Assembly (NCBI RefSeq): GCF_963676685.1
Contig: NC_092351.1
Location: forward strand, 26,288,001 to 26,352,000
Length of the DNA stretch: 64,000 nucleotides
DNA from: Mytilus edulis
Lineage: Eukaryota
Reading direction: 5' to 3'
Every line of letters starts with the position of its first letter. Position 1 is the first letter of the stretch. Under the pieces are notes generated by a model that worked only from the letters and a program-made list of their open reading frames with translations, searched no databases and was not told the DNA's origin. Position numbers and translations under genes: made by a program. This document shows positions 1-11,913 of the stretch, in pieces.

Positions 1-15
1 ATAACAGATCATATC

Positions 16-1877
16 CACTGTGCTTAAACGGCTGTGGGTAACTTAAGTTACCCACAGCCCAAGATGGAGCCGCCTTGCGTCGGTTAGATACTTTTCTTCT
101 ATAGAATAACAATACCACGAATGCATCAATTAAACAACTGAATTTAAAAGTTGTATTAATCGTTTAGGGAAACTCCTAAACTGGAAAGGTGATTAAATTC
201 TACAAAATAAACGATCACAGCACGATTTAAAAAAACACTTAGGCTGTCCGTAACTTCAAAACAACTTGTCCGTAACTTTTTTCATCATACCAATAGAGAT
301 GTCCGTAACTTTCAAAGAATCGACATACGCGGATGTAATGTTTAAACTGATGATAGAGATTGCATCGAATACATATTCACAAAACGAAGTAGATGTCTAG
401 TATGATAAAATTCATTGTATCGATGGAAGACAAAATTGGAAAAAATATGAAAAAAATCACGATAAATCCGCAAAACTCGGGTCTCATTTTGTATAACGTC
501 GAGGTACCCGAATCGCCTAGTTCGGAGGGTTGTTTCCGATCATAGCAGAAAAACTGTTGAAACATCATTGTTCGTTTTTATTTTTGAACAAGTAGACTAC
601 ACAAGTATTTTTTACACATACATGTAGCATGTATACACTTACTGATTTTCTGCCAGCAACGACAAGGGTAGCGTACGTGAATCCGGGATTTTGGAGGGGA
701 ACCCAAATTTCCCAGGCATGCAGTGGATATACTATACGAGACTTAAGTGCACAAACTTTTCCCGTCTTTTGGAAAAAGCCAAAAACACCTTTCTCTCATC
801 CCCACAAAAACAAATCCCATCAGCATTGACAGTAAAATAAAAGGGGTGTCAATCTGGACACACGGGGACGTTGCGCACGGTGATATTGCGGCACCCTAGC
901 CAATATTTACAGTAAATGGGAAAACTTTAAAAAAGGACATTTTGTATAAATGAATAAACCTAGTTTTACAGCTAGCTGCATATTTCATTTGTATGCAAGT
1001 TGCATTAAATCTCATTAAACTGAATAAAACTAAAAGACACAATAGGTAAAAGTCAGTGACAATAAAAGGAAAAGAGCAGTCAACATACAGTAGTGTAACA
1101 ATTCGACATAGTATATAAAAATATAAATAACTACGTAGGACAACAGGGTAATTTAATAGTCTAACAACCCCTGATAACATACAAAGAGAGAAAAAAAAAC
1201 ATACTAGGAAACATATTCAAAAAATTATAACACTATAACTAACTGGTGGGATGTATAAATACCGAGCCGCTTCAAAGAGTATTCATCAAAATACACATAG
1301 AAAGAAACAGAGGTGAAGGTAAACCGCACACATATAATTAAACTCAAAACATTAAAGAGTATGGAAAAGCCTTGGTCTGACAAGCGAAAAACGTCGATAA
1401 GACGCACATCAGTAAATAAAAGTTCAAACCATAACCAGGATGGAGTACCACAAACCCCACATAAAACTTCTGTGGTGTAACATTTGGTGGTGAATGAGTA
1501 GTATAAACGGCCGCGAAAGTTACAAATATGATGTTAATTGTCTTCTAATTGTTGAAATTATAATTCTTAAAATTTTAAATCAAAAGTTACCCACATCTAA
1601 AAATAAAGTTACGGACAGTCTGCTTAGTTTCGATCAAAAAGTTATGGACATCTTATGCATTTTTTAAAGTTGACCTTGCGCTTTAGTGAACTCTATATTA
1701 ACAAATTTATGGTAATTGTTAGTCATTTCTTTATTCAATAATCCTATAAATATTTACATTCTGCATGAAAAACGTCGCAAAAGGTACATTTTGTATGAAT
1801 TAAATATCAACGAGTTTAGAGTCCGCCATCTTGGGCTGTGGGTAACTTAAGTTACCCACAGCCGTTTAAGCACAGTG
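16..1877. mobile_element. Non-autonomous Transib/RAG-like (CMC-related) DNA transposon
   Basis: Perfect 52-bp TIRs (16-67 and 1826-1877) beginning CACTGTG; exact 5-bp TSD ATATC at 11-15 and 1878-1882; mirrored subterminal TGTCCGTAACTT-like repeats; no transposase ORF. Confidence 0.85.
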
Positions 1878-1997
1878 ATATCCAAGGTGATAACATGATT
1901 GATTTGATCAATACTGAATTAACATATAATTACAATGTAATTTACTGAATAAACATATAATTTCAATGTAATTTACTGAATTTAATTACAATGTAAT

Positions 1998-2105
1998 TCA
2001 CACAACACTTTGCTGTTCATGGCAGGAATCTTCTACAAAACTTTTGTGATACAAGCCTGTGTCCCCATTGGGTAACATCCCTACACATACACCACTTTCA
2101 TCATC
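1998..2105 (-). CDS. Last exon: degenerate SH3-4 C-half and PDZ-binding terminus (DDESGVCVGMLPNGDTGLYHKSFVEDSCHEQQSVV*)
   Basis: ATTACAG acceptor, phase 0; G-x-x-x-G...TGLY-x-x-SFVE completes the SH3 fold; TGA at 2000-1998. Confidence 0.82.
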   Translation of the reverse strand, partial: DDESGVCVGMLPNGDTGLYHKSFVEDSCHEQQSVV

Positions 2106-2731
2106 CTGTAATGATAATTTAAATGATTATCTCCAGATGATTATAATATAACATTGGTTGCAACAAAATACTGTTATTTTCCAGTAACATATACACTGAT
2201 TTTATCTCATGTGGAAAAAATCTGATAATTTAACTCCCCCCAATAAGTCATAAGCAAAAGTAGAAATACAAAAATGTATACTTACTTTTTTCTAAATAAA
2301 GGACTAAATTCATTATCAAAATCATGATATTTCTATAAATAGGTCACATTAACATCTGACTCATCATCAGTCATAGTTATAATTTTTCATAAATAAATGC
2401 TGTGAAAACTAAGCAGTTACAACATTCAGTTTGGATCATTATTTTTGTACTCATATTAACTGGACCATGACTTATGAAGGTAGGGCCTGGAAATAGTCCA
2501 CTAACTGATATGAACTGATCAATGATAGTAATGCAACTTCATATTTAATATCAATGATCTATCACAAGTAGTTCCTATCAAAATATCTTAAGCGAAAAAC
2601 TTAACATTGAAAACTGCTATTAATTCAAAGTGTGCTTGACAATGACCTAGTAGGCAGGGCCTGGAAATAGTGGTTAAACAGATATGTACTGATAGAAATG
2701 CAACTTTGTATAACATATGAATGATCTTATA

Positions 2732-3160
2732 TAAATAACACATAGATGAGAGGTTGATAGAGCAGATTGTTACCTTAAGAAAACATTGTCAACCGCGGCA
2801 AAGCTATGTGTTATTTAATTTATTATACTGAATTTTCTATCATTATTGTCTTTTACAGATGAGTTGTATTTAAAAGTATTTTCTATGACGTCACGTACAT
2901 AACAACGTCACAGGTATTAAAAAGATCAACAGAAGTGAAGCAAAATGTTTTATCTTTTATTTTGACAGTCAAATAACAAGATCTGATTCAAAACGTAGAA
3001 CTTAAGCATTGTCTTTAATTACTTGATGTAAATTCAATTCATTGTCCTTGAATAGTAAATTTGATTGGTCTGGACAAGAGGGTGACATTAAAAAAAATTG
3101 TCACCCGCTCAGCCATGTGATAGAATAAATGATCACTCTCTTATTAGCCAACTATAATAT
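2732..3160. mobile_element. Degenerate hairpin-containing non-autonomous element (Crypton-like)
   Basis: TAAATAACACATAG ... CTATGTGTTATTTA inverted pair and a related ATTGTCACCCGC motif near the far end; CpG-richer than its flanks. Confidence 0.4.
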
Positions 3161-3423
3161 GGCATTTTAACATGAATTATAATAACTCACAATAGTTCAT
3201 ATCAAACTAACTTAAGCAAAAAACTTTGTTGATGCCACCAGTGCCGCAGTCATTGCTGGAAAAGCAATCCCTACGTCTTGCTTTTTCTAGAGATTGAGAA
3301 AAAAACCACTTGAATTTAGCAATGACCCATGATTCTAACATTTTGTTATCCACATAAAAGTTGCTGTCAATCAAATTTAATAACAATTAAAACTTAATCT
3401 ATAATTAGTTATAAAGAAGTCAC

Positions 3424-3529
3424 CTGACTAATTTCCTGGATAAAACTTCCTTCTTGGAAAGACAATTCATCTTCATTCTGAGCTGTGTAAGATGTGATAG
3501 CCTTTTTTAGTAAACTTCCTTCATTTTGT
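3424..3529 (-). CDS. SH3 domain 4, N-terminal half (KKAITSYTAQNEDELSFQEGSFIQEISQ)
   Basis: TTTCAG / CAG|GTGACT, phase 2 to 0; YxA-xx-DELSF-xxG SH3 signature. Confidence 0.87.
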
Positions 3530-3916
3530 CTGAAATATGAACAAACTGGTTTTTATAATCATTTATGATGTAAAAAAGATGAAGATGGTTTCAAGTATTA
3601 TATCTTGAATTGTGTGATTAGGGATTACCAACCTGCCCAGACAAACCTATATGTTGGAAGAAATTTTAAAACTTTCATGCTATTTGTATTTCTATTCTTA
3701 GTATAAACATTAGTTTATATAAAGTCCATTGTAAATCTATGATTCCATCTACCTGATTTTTTTTACAATCTGCTTCAACATATGTTTCTGTGAACAAAAC
3801 TGACTTCAATATAAATGGTGGGGTGGGGGTCATAAATGGAGTGAGTTTATGCATCATCTAATGTCAAAGAAAATTAAATGTCTATAGCTACACACAATGC
3901 TAATAAAATAGACAAG

Positions 3917-4160
3917 AACAAGAATGTGTCCATAGTTCACAGCTGCCCCACTGGCACAATTGTTTTCTATGTTCAGTGGATCATGAAATTGGGGTCAAAA
4001 ATCTAATTTGGCATTTTAATTAGAAAGATAATATCATAGGGAACATGTGTATTAACTTTCAAGTTGATTGGACTTCAACATTATTAAAAACTACCTTGAC
4101 CAAAAAATTTAACTTGAAATGGTACAGACGGACGAACAGACCGACCAGAAAACATAGCAC
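3917..4160 (+). mobile_element. Partial HINE/Helentron-type non-autonomous element
   Basis: Highly similar to 28522-28824 (AACAAGAATGTGTCC... GACG microsatellite), 3' hairpin missing. Confidence 0.7.
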
Positions 4161-4482
4161 ATATCATGATATTTTTGTGCTCAATCCCAGTTCAATTGCA
4201 AACTATTTGATAACAAATTTAAAACAATCCATACCATCCAAATGAAGATTTATCATAACTTAATCAATCAGGAAACTAGAAGTAAATCTAAGTGTTTCAC
4301 AAGGAAATGTTTTCTGAAAAACATGTAGCCACTTCAAAAACAATTATTTATATACCTTATCAATGTAAAATACTCTACCATATGAGAACAGAAAGTTAAA
4401 CTGAACACACATTCTAATAATTTTAGAAAAGAAATGTGTTTATATTATTAAGGGAGACCAGAGAAGTTACAAACATTTAACA

Positions 4483-5898
4483 ATGAATAGACGTGATTCA
4501 CAAGTGTCATTATCTTGTGGTGAATGCTGTACAACAAAGAATCTGAAGTACCGCTGTGTTGAGTGTAAAGTTACATTATGTGAAAAGTGCAAGGATTGTC
4601 ATTCTAATTCTCCATCAAATTCAAGTCACATTGTTTTATCCTTTGATTGCATCACCACCAACAATTGTATGGAAAATGAAATTCGAAAAATGCCTTGCAA
4701 GAAACATGGCACAAAAAAATATTCAGTTTTTTGTCAAAATTGCAATTTTCTGATTTGTGCAGATTGCTTTGTTGAAAGCCACTCGTATCATAGAACTATT
4801 AATATAGATGAATTTTTACAGGAGAAGTTTACCATTGGAGAAAGAAGTAGAAAGAAATTTATGAGAAGAATGTCATCTGATGATTCAGGTTTTCTTATCG
4901 TGGATTACCCAGAGGAGAATAGCAATCAGCCCCCTGTCTGGCATTCAGCTGCTGCAGGTTCTTTATTCATGACAAGAACAGTAGAAATTAAACTCATTAA
5001 AACATTCTCGACAAACTTACCAGCAATAGACAGTATAGAAATGGTAAATAAAGATGAAGCATTCATTTGTCATTATGAAGGAGACATCTGTAAAATTAAA
5101 CTAACACCAACAATATTTACCAACAGACTGAAGCAGTTTGATGAAGTAAGAGGTTTAGAACCAGCTGATATAGCTGTTAATTCCGTCGGGGATTTGTATC
5201 TAATATGCAGAGTTGACAAGTCTATAAAACTAGTGAAGAAAAACAGCCACAATAAAACTCAGATATCATCACTTCCCAAACATTTGAACATGGAACCTCT
5301 GTGTATTCACTGTGAGAAGGACAATGATTTACTCATCTGGATAGGGCTTGTTGAATTAGGAGCAAATTTTAAACTATCAAATCATAGCTCTCGTTGTGTG
5401 GTTTCTATACACGCTGATGGAAAATTATGTAATACTTTTGAATATTCCCATATAAATGAAGCACTGTTTACATTTCCATTGCGGATAACATCACATCAGG
5501 GTAGGATTTATGTTATTGACAGAAACAGTCAATCAGCTGGGACAGTCGTAGCACTCACTGAGAATGGCAATATCAAATGGAGGTACAGTGACCTACATCC
5601 AAGTTTCAGTCCAAGACCATTCCTTCCTTCCGATATAGTAGTTACAGAATTCGCAAAAATAATAGTGTTAGATTCAGCTAACAATGCATTCCATATACTT
5701 AACAATGATGGTTATCAAATTTTACACCAATCATTGAAAAGCTTAGAAATAGAATACCCAGTCAGCATGAAGTTTGATGAATCAAACTATTTATGGATTG
5801 GCAGTGGATTTAATGGGGGAACCGAAAATAAAGCTAAACTGAACAAAATTAAAATCACAGGAATAATTATAATAAAAGGTTTCAGTATTTTTCAATGA
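4483..5898 (+). CDS. Nested B-box1/B-box2/NHL-like beta-propeller protein (RING-less TRIM-NHL-like), 471 aa
   Basis: CxxC...CxxC-x4-CxxC-x3-H B-box1; CxxH-x8-CxxC-x4-CxxC-H-xx-H B-box2; C-terminal NHL/propeller-type repeats (FPLRIT..IYVIDR, PSDIVVT..IIVLD); uninterrupted ORF antisense in the intron 3530-7265. Confidence 0.88.
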   Translation: MNRRDSQVSLSCGECCTTKNLKYRCVECKVTLCEKCKDCHSNSPSNSSHIVLSFDCITTNNCMENEIRKMPCKKHGTKKYSVFCQNCNFLICADCFVESHSYHRTINIDEFLQEKFTIGERSRKKFMRRMSSDDSGFLIVDYPEENSNQPPVWHSAAAGSLFMTRTVEIKLIKTFSTNLPAIDSIEMVNKDEAFICHYEGDICKIKLTPTIFTNRLKQFDEVRGLEPADIAVNSVGDLYLICRVDKSIKLVKKNSHNKTQISSLPKHLNMEPLCIHCEKDNDLLIWIGLVELGANFKLSNHSSRCVVSIHADGKLCNTFEYSHINEALFTFPLRITSHQGRIYVIDRNSQSAGTVVALTENGNIKWRYSDLHPSFSPRPFLPSDIVVTEFAKIIVLDSANNAFHILNNDGYQILHQSLKSLEIEYPVSMKFDESNYLWIGSGFNGGTENKAKLNKIKITGIIIIKGFSIFQ

Positions 5899-7265
5899 CT
5901 GGTTAAAGCAAACATTATAACTACTGTATAACTACATGTCAATTATTTATAAAAAAAAATATTACACACTTTTGTTTTATTCTTTCATAATTCTGACTTT
6001 TTTCTTAAACCCAGGCAATTGTATTTAGTACATATATGTATATACAATTTTTCAATACTATAAAATTTGAAATTTTTTTGAGGCAAAGCTGACATGTGAC
6101 AGTCAGTTTTGCTAATCTTTCTATCAAAGCTCCCTGTTATATATAAATATTTTGCCCTATACCTGTAAATAATTCTGCCTTTTATAAAGTTTGGCTTGAA
6201 TAAAACTGGATAAAGGTTACTCATAATTCAGAAAGTATACATTGAGATAATTGCAATTTCAGGAAACCTGCATAGATATATGTGTCAGACAACGCAATGT
6301 AATTTTTTTATTATTGTGACACTGTACTCCCCAAGAAGCATTTTTGGCAATAATAAAAACTTTACAATAATTTCTGCATTTAGTTTTCCAGCTGCATAGT
6401 ATGTTTAATTTCATGACTTCCTTCAAGACAAGTGAATTAACAATGACAAAACAAAAAGTCAGTCTGGAAATTAAAGTTTTTTATGTACTGATTTATCATA
6501 AATGGGAATAAAGCAAACCAGTACAAACAAAAATAATTTTCAGATTTTTTTTATGTTAAAAGTCAAAATAACTGATTCGAGTTATTTCCCTTTTATTATA
6601 AGTTTTCTTTACTAAAAAGCTCCTAAGTTATAACATGTATAGAGAGATTATGTTTGTAAATAACAAAATCAGGTTGAATTAAATGTAAAATGAGATTTAA
6701 AATTCTTAAAAAAAAACAGGAAAGTTTTGGGTTGATTCTGACAGGACAAGAAATTCTGAAATACCAAAATGTATGATTTTAAGGTTTGTCAAAAGGGTAT
6801 TTATAAATTGAAAATTTCGCTGCAAATACATCACAAAATTTATTCAAGCTGTGTACTGGGAAAAGATATAGAAGAGATGATGGTGTCTGAGATTTAGTGT
6901 CTTGAACTTTTAACAGTATAAATATAAGGACATGCGGAATGAATACTGATGAGACAACTATCCACAAAGGTTTTTAATGTTGCAGGCAAGCCATTCTCAA
7001 GATTGAAGCATTTATGTTTTTTTATGATTTGAACAAAATAAGAAATAAACTATTTTGATTTTAAATCAAAGTGCTAATATTAAACCTTAAGTTGTTGGTC
7101 TCGTGTTGGTGTTAGACAACAAAACCTGGCATACTAGATACTAGACTGGTTACATATTGCAGCTAGTTTGGAATAAAATAAGACTGTCTGTGGGCTTGAC
7201 AGTCTTGATTCTATTTCACTAGTGTATGGCACTGAAAAACTGTAACAATCAATAATTCTACCAAC

Positions 7266-9544
7266 CTGTTGTCTCCTGTGTCATTGATCTGTAAGTGACC
7301 ACCCTCTGGTATGCTGCTGTAATTTGGACTAAAGGTAATAGTTTTAGGGCTGTCAGTCACTGGTGAAGTAGGAGGAGTCTTTGGAGGTGGTGGTCTCTTT
7401 GGCTTGGGACTAACTACTCCGTTCATAGCTTTCCGTGGAAGTCTTGAAGGACTGGAAGCAGTTCGTGATGAGCCCATTGGATTTGGAGCTTTCTGTTTGG
7501 GACTTTTAGGGATAGCACTAGAAATTTTACCTCTTTCTTTGGCAGGTTTTTGTTTCTGAAATTTTCTACTCACATTTGGTGAATCTGATAAAGAGCTTTT
7601 TGATTTTTCAACTTTTGGCAGTCTACTTGGAGAGGGACTAGTCATACTGCTATGCCTCACAACATTTGGAGGTCTTGATGGTCTTTCAGGTTTTGATTTA
7701 TTTTCATTTTCACTTTCCTCAACATTTTCAATATGAGTTTTTGTGGTTGGACTAAAGTTTGGCTTAGGAATAGAAGTATTCCCATGTAATTGTTTGTTTT
7801 TTACCGCAGGACTAGTCATTCTCTTTGGAATATTGCTCTGATATGAATGTGCAGGTCCAGGAATTGAAGAAGTTTTGGGACCATTGTCTTGTGATGGTCT
7901 GTTTTCTGAAACATTTTTTGGACCTGAAACAGAACTTTCTTCTGTAGCATCACAAGCCAATGACCCAGAAATATCAGCCATCTTTTGATCACTATCTTCA
8001 CTTATATGAGCATTTTCCAAACCATTTTCCTGTATATGATTATCAATTTCAGTTCCTTTATTTTCAATAATCTCATTTGTAGATTTTTGTTCATTATTCA
8101 ACTCAGGATCATTAAAACTCCTATCTATTGAATTAATAGAGTTCTTTTGATTTGGCACAATGTATTTTTTGTCTATTTTACTATAAATTGGACTCAGTGG
8201 CCTTTGGTAAAAACTGATTTTATCTGGGCCATCTACTACATCTTCACCTACTAAACTGGTCCCAACCTCACTATAGCCTGGTTCCCCATCGTAATGAGAG
8301 TTTACGTAATTTTTATTTGGTTTTGGAGCCACTGGTGGAGGCTTTGGTCCATCGCATCTCAAACTTTGTGATTTTGGTATAAAAGTTGGTTTAGGTGAAT
8401 CATCCCTCATGCTATGTGATTTGGGTTGGGGCAGTTTACAAGGTAATCGACTGTCAGATTTATGACTGGGTTTTTGATTACCAACATGATGATCCAGTAT
8501 ATCACCATTAATTGTCAGCATAGCACCACTATGTTCCACAGAAGGCTCACAAATTACATTTTGATTTCCAATTGAAGCACTAATTTCATCTGACTGACTA
8601 TTGTCCATAGAATTCTGTCTGTTCACTAACTGTCTAGAATCATTCATATCAGACATGTTGATTGCAGACACACTTGTCAGTTCAGATTGATCATGAGTTC
8701 TGTCTCCTTGCACACTACTAGACAAACTAGTTAATCCTGATATTTTACCTAAACTTGTGTCAGTTGTTGCAGTATTCTCTAAGAAACTAGTCACATTTTG
8801 AGTATCATCTGGTAAAATAGCACTGTCATTGTTATCATTGTGAGATTCATTTCCTGTTTCATTTGCATATTTTATATTACTAGTATCAACATCAGTCTGA
8901 GATACGTTTGGAGTAGAATTAACATCTTTTAAATCTGGATACACGCTGTTGGCTTTTTCCTGACGAATCATATATTTTTCTTTCAATAATTTTGGTGGGT
9001 CAGGCCGAGGAGGTGGTGGTGACCTAACCTTTCTTCGACATAACTCAGATTCATTACCAGCTTTCGTTTTTGTTTTAGGCACTTTACATAATTTTGGCTT
9101 TATATATCTTTTTGGCACTTCTGGTTTTCCATTCTGACTGTTGTTTTTGCTTACACTATTACTAACCTTAGTTTTATTAAATTTCTCCATTAAATTTGTT
9201 TTTGATTCGGGTGTTGAATGATGTTGAGTTGGCGGAGGTGGAGCAGGCCTTGATGGCCTCACTGACTTAGGAAGTTTACTCCTTTTGTTAGGAGAATCTT
9301 TTGATAAACCATTTGAGACTTTTGTCCTTTGATCCAGAGACTCTGTTGATTTCTGTGAGATTTCATCCTCAGATCTGTGACCACCAAGTGGTTTGATGGG
9401 TGATAATGCGGCTATATCCTTGTCAATTGTAGTTTCTAAAGGTACATCATGAATCACAATCTTATCTGGTATATCATCATGAGTTATCTCCTCTTCTTGA
9501 GTTACATCCCTTGAAACAGGACCATCTATTTCATCTGCAGTCAT
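7266..9544 (-). CDS. Large exon: ~760-aa disordered Pro/Ser/Lys-rich region
   Basis: ORF 7211..9544 starts immediately after a TTTCAG acceptor (phase 0); donor AG|GTTGGT at 7265 (phase 2); many PxxP motifs. Confidence 0.88.
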
Positions 9545-10959
9545 CTGAAAATATAAATTCTATGTAATGATACTCTGATTTTACCATATTAAACTTTAAG
9601 GTTAATGTGATACAAAATCAAAGAAAATTGTTCTATTTAGTATTTTTGTTGTATGGATACTGCAGAAATCATTTTCATCCCAGTTACCCACCAAGGGCAA
9701 TGGCCCTTTTATAGCTGACTATGCGGTATTGGCTTTGCTCATTGTTGAAATCTGTACAGTGACCTATAGTTGTTAATGACTGTGTCATTTTGGTCTCTTG
9801 TGGACAGTTGTCTCATTGCCAAGCATACCACATCTTCTTTTTATACTTGATAAAATTTTCTATCTTTCCTTTGAAACTTCATTAAAACTGTATTTTGAAA
9901 TCCAGTATATACAATCTTAAACATTAAGACATTTATATGTTCCTCTGTGGTTTTTTTCAGAAGTGTCATTTCATATTTATTATATTTTCTATGGAGCAAT
10001 TCATACAGACACAATATATAAAGTTCCCTAACATCAATGCTAATCTCACTACAAATTGTGCCTAATAGATCTCGATTCATGCTCAAAACTTGTTGAATTC
10101 TATTTAAAATGCTTTTAGATGCATGTCATTTTAACTATCAATTCAATTAACAAAGATCTACAATATGAATACAAAGATGAGGTATTATTGTAATATAACA
10201 ACTATCAAACAGTTTTTTTCTAAATGCAATAAAAATCTCTGAAGATTTGCTAAATCATCCACTTTTGAGAATCTAACAGCTGATATGTTGCACACCTGTT
10301 TTTTGTGCATGTTTCAATCATAAGTGATTTTATTTGTTTGCAAGTTGTAGGTTTTTTTTCTGAAGAGTTGAGTGTTTGTGGTTAGAGTGATATGTTGTAC
10401 TGTCTATTATTTCGGTAAGTCCAATTATTTTTTTCAATGTATCATAAAATGGCAAACAATCACATCAAATAATCTTCTTGCTCATAAAATTATTTTAAAA
10501 TGCTATAAAGTGTTCCTGTTCTGCTCACACAGTTTTTCTTTAAGTGACAGTAAATAATAATAAGTTTTCTAAAAGCTTCAAGATTAGAAGAAATCATTGT
10601 AATAGATGTAGGGTAAGAAATAAGTTTGTCATAAATGAAGTAATGTCCTTCCTTCAGGGAAGTTATGCCTAAGTCAATGTTTAGTTTGTTAAATCAATTG
10701 AAAATATCCTAAAATCAATTGTTTTATAGAATTCTTAGAAGTGATTTATTGTATTCTTTAAGAGTATGGTACAATGAGTTGTATCTAAAAGTTTTAACTT
10801 AAATTAAGTAATACTAAAAATACTTTAACAATATATCCTGTTTCCAAAGAATGTTTTGTTTTATGTATTACATATATGAATCTTTTGAGTCTGAAATAAA
10901 GATTATTCCATATTGATAAAACTTTAGTAGGTTTTTCTATATGAATGGGATTTTGAATA

Positions 10960-11262
10960 AATAAGCATATTCACCTGCGGAAAAAGGATATTCACCGCGC
11001 ATAACGTCGCGTGCTTTTACCTGCACTATTTTGGTAAAAAAACGATTGATGTACAATTGGTTTTGGTTAATAATTGCCATTACATACATTTCTCTCGGAA
11101 TATGGAATAAAACAATTACTGTCTTTTGTTTCGGTAAATATGTGGTTTAATTGACTTTTGAAAAACTGATATTCACTTCGGCCGTTGGCCTAAGTGAATA
11201 TCAGTTTTTCAAAAGTCAATAAAATTACACATTTACCTCATCAAAAGACAGTAATTGTATAT
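10960..11262. mobile_element. Long-hairpin non-autonomous element (Crypton-like)
   Basis: Foldback 11112-11258 with a perfect 29-bp inner stem (11150-11178 / 11192-11220) around CGGCCGTTGGCCT. Confidence 0.6.
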
Positions 11263-11432
11263 TATCTTATTTTATATTATGTAACAATATGCATTGTATA
11301 TTACGTACACAACAAAAAGCATGCAGTTAACTAAACTCAAAAGATCATCCCCTATCAAAGGGACACAACTGTGAACATTAACCTCTACAGTAGAGGTAGA
11401 AAACTAAAAACACTTTGAGAACACAAAATCAC

Positions 11433-11450
11433 CTGGTCTTGTCTAATAGC
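11433..11450 (-). CDS. Candidate 18-nt microexon (AIRQDQ)
   Basis: ATATTTACAG acceptor, CAG|GTGATT donor, phase 0-0; extends the SH3-3 end to YVE-AI, matching the usual YVExI ending. Confidence 0.55.
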
Positions 11451-11913
11451 CTGTAAATATAAGGAATTATATCTTTTAATGAAAATAGAATTTGATCTAA
11501 AACAAATTGCATTGATCTCTTAAAAAGGGGTCAAGTTGAAAGTATGTATAAATTTTCATGTAAAAATACGTTTTGATCTGACACATAAATCTTTCTCTTC
11601 CCAAAAATAAAACAAACACATTAATTTGAAAATTAACTTAAATCATGTTCCATCTAGCTTCTTTTTCTGTTCCAAAAAATATTTTTTAAAGGTCCTTTAC
11701 TGCTCTCTCTGCATTACTGCAAGTACATTAAACTTGCTATGTAAATATTTCATATATTCAATCAGTTCAGTGAAATAAATATTTTTTGTACTTCTATAAA
11801 TTCTTCCTATTTACTAGAAATTTGATAATCTGGGATCAAAGATTAAACTAGATATAGTTTAGAAAGTCAGATCCTATTTTTAGTGCATTTCACATGTTAG
11901 TACTGCATAAATG

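Noticed and set aside
7211-9544. Stand-alone 777-aa gene
   Set aside because: The ATG directly follows a splice acceptor, and a phase-compatible donor at 7265 links to the SH3-4 exon; it is an internal exon.
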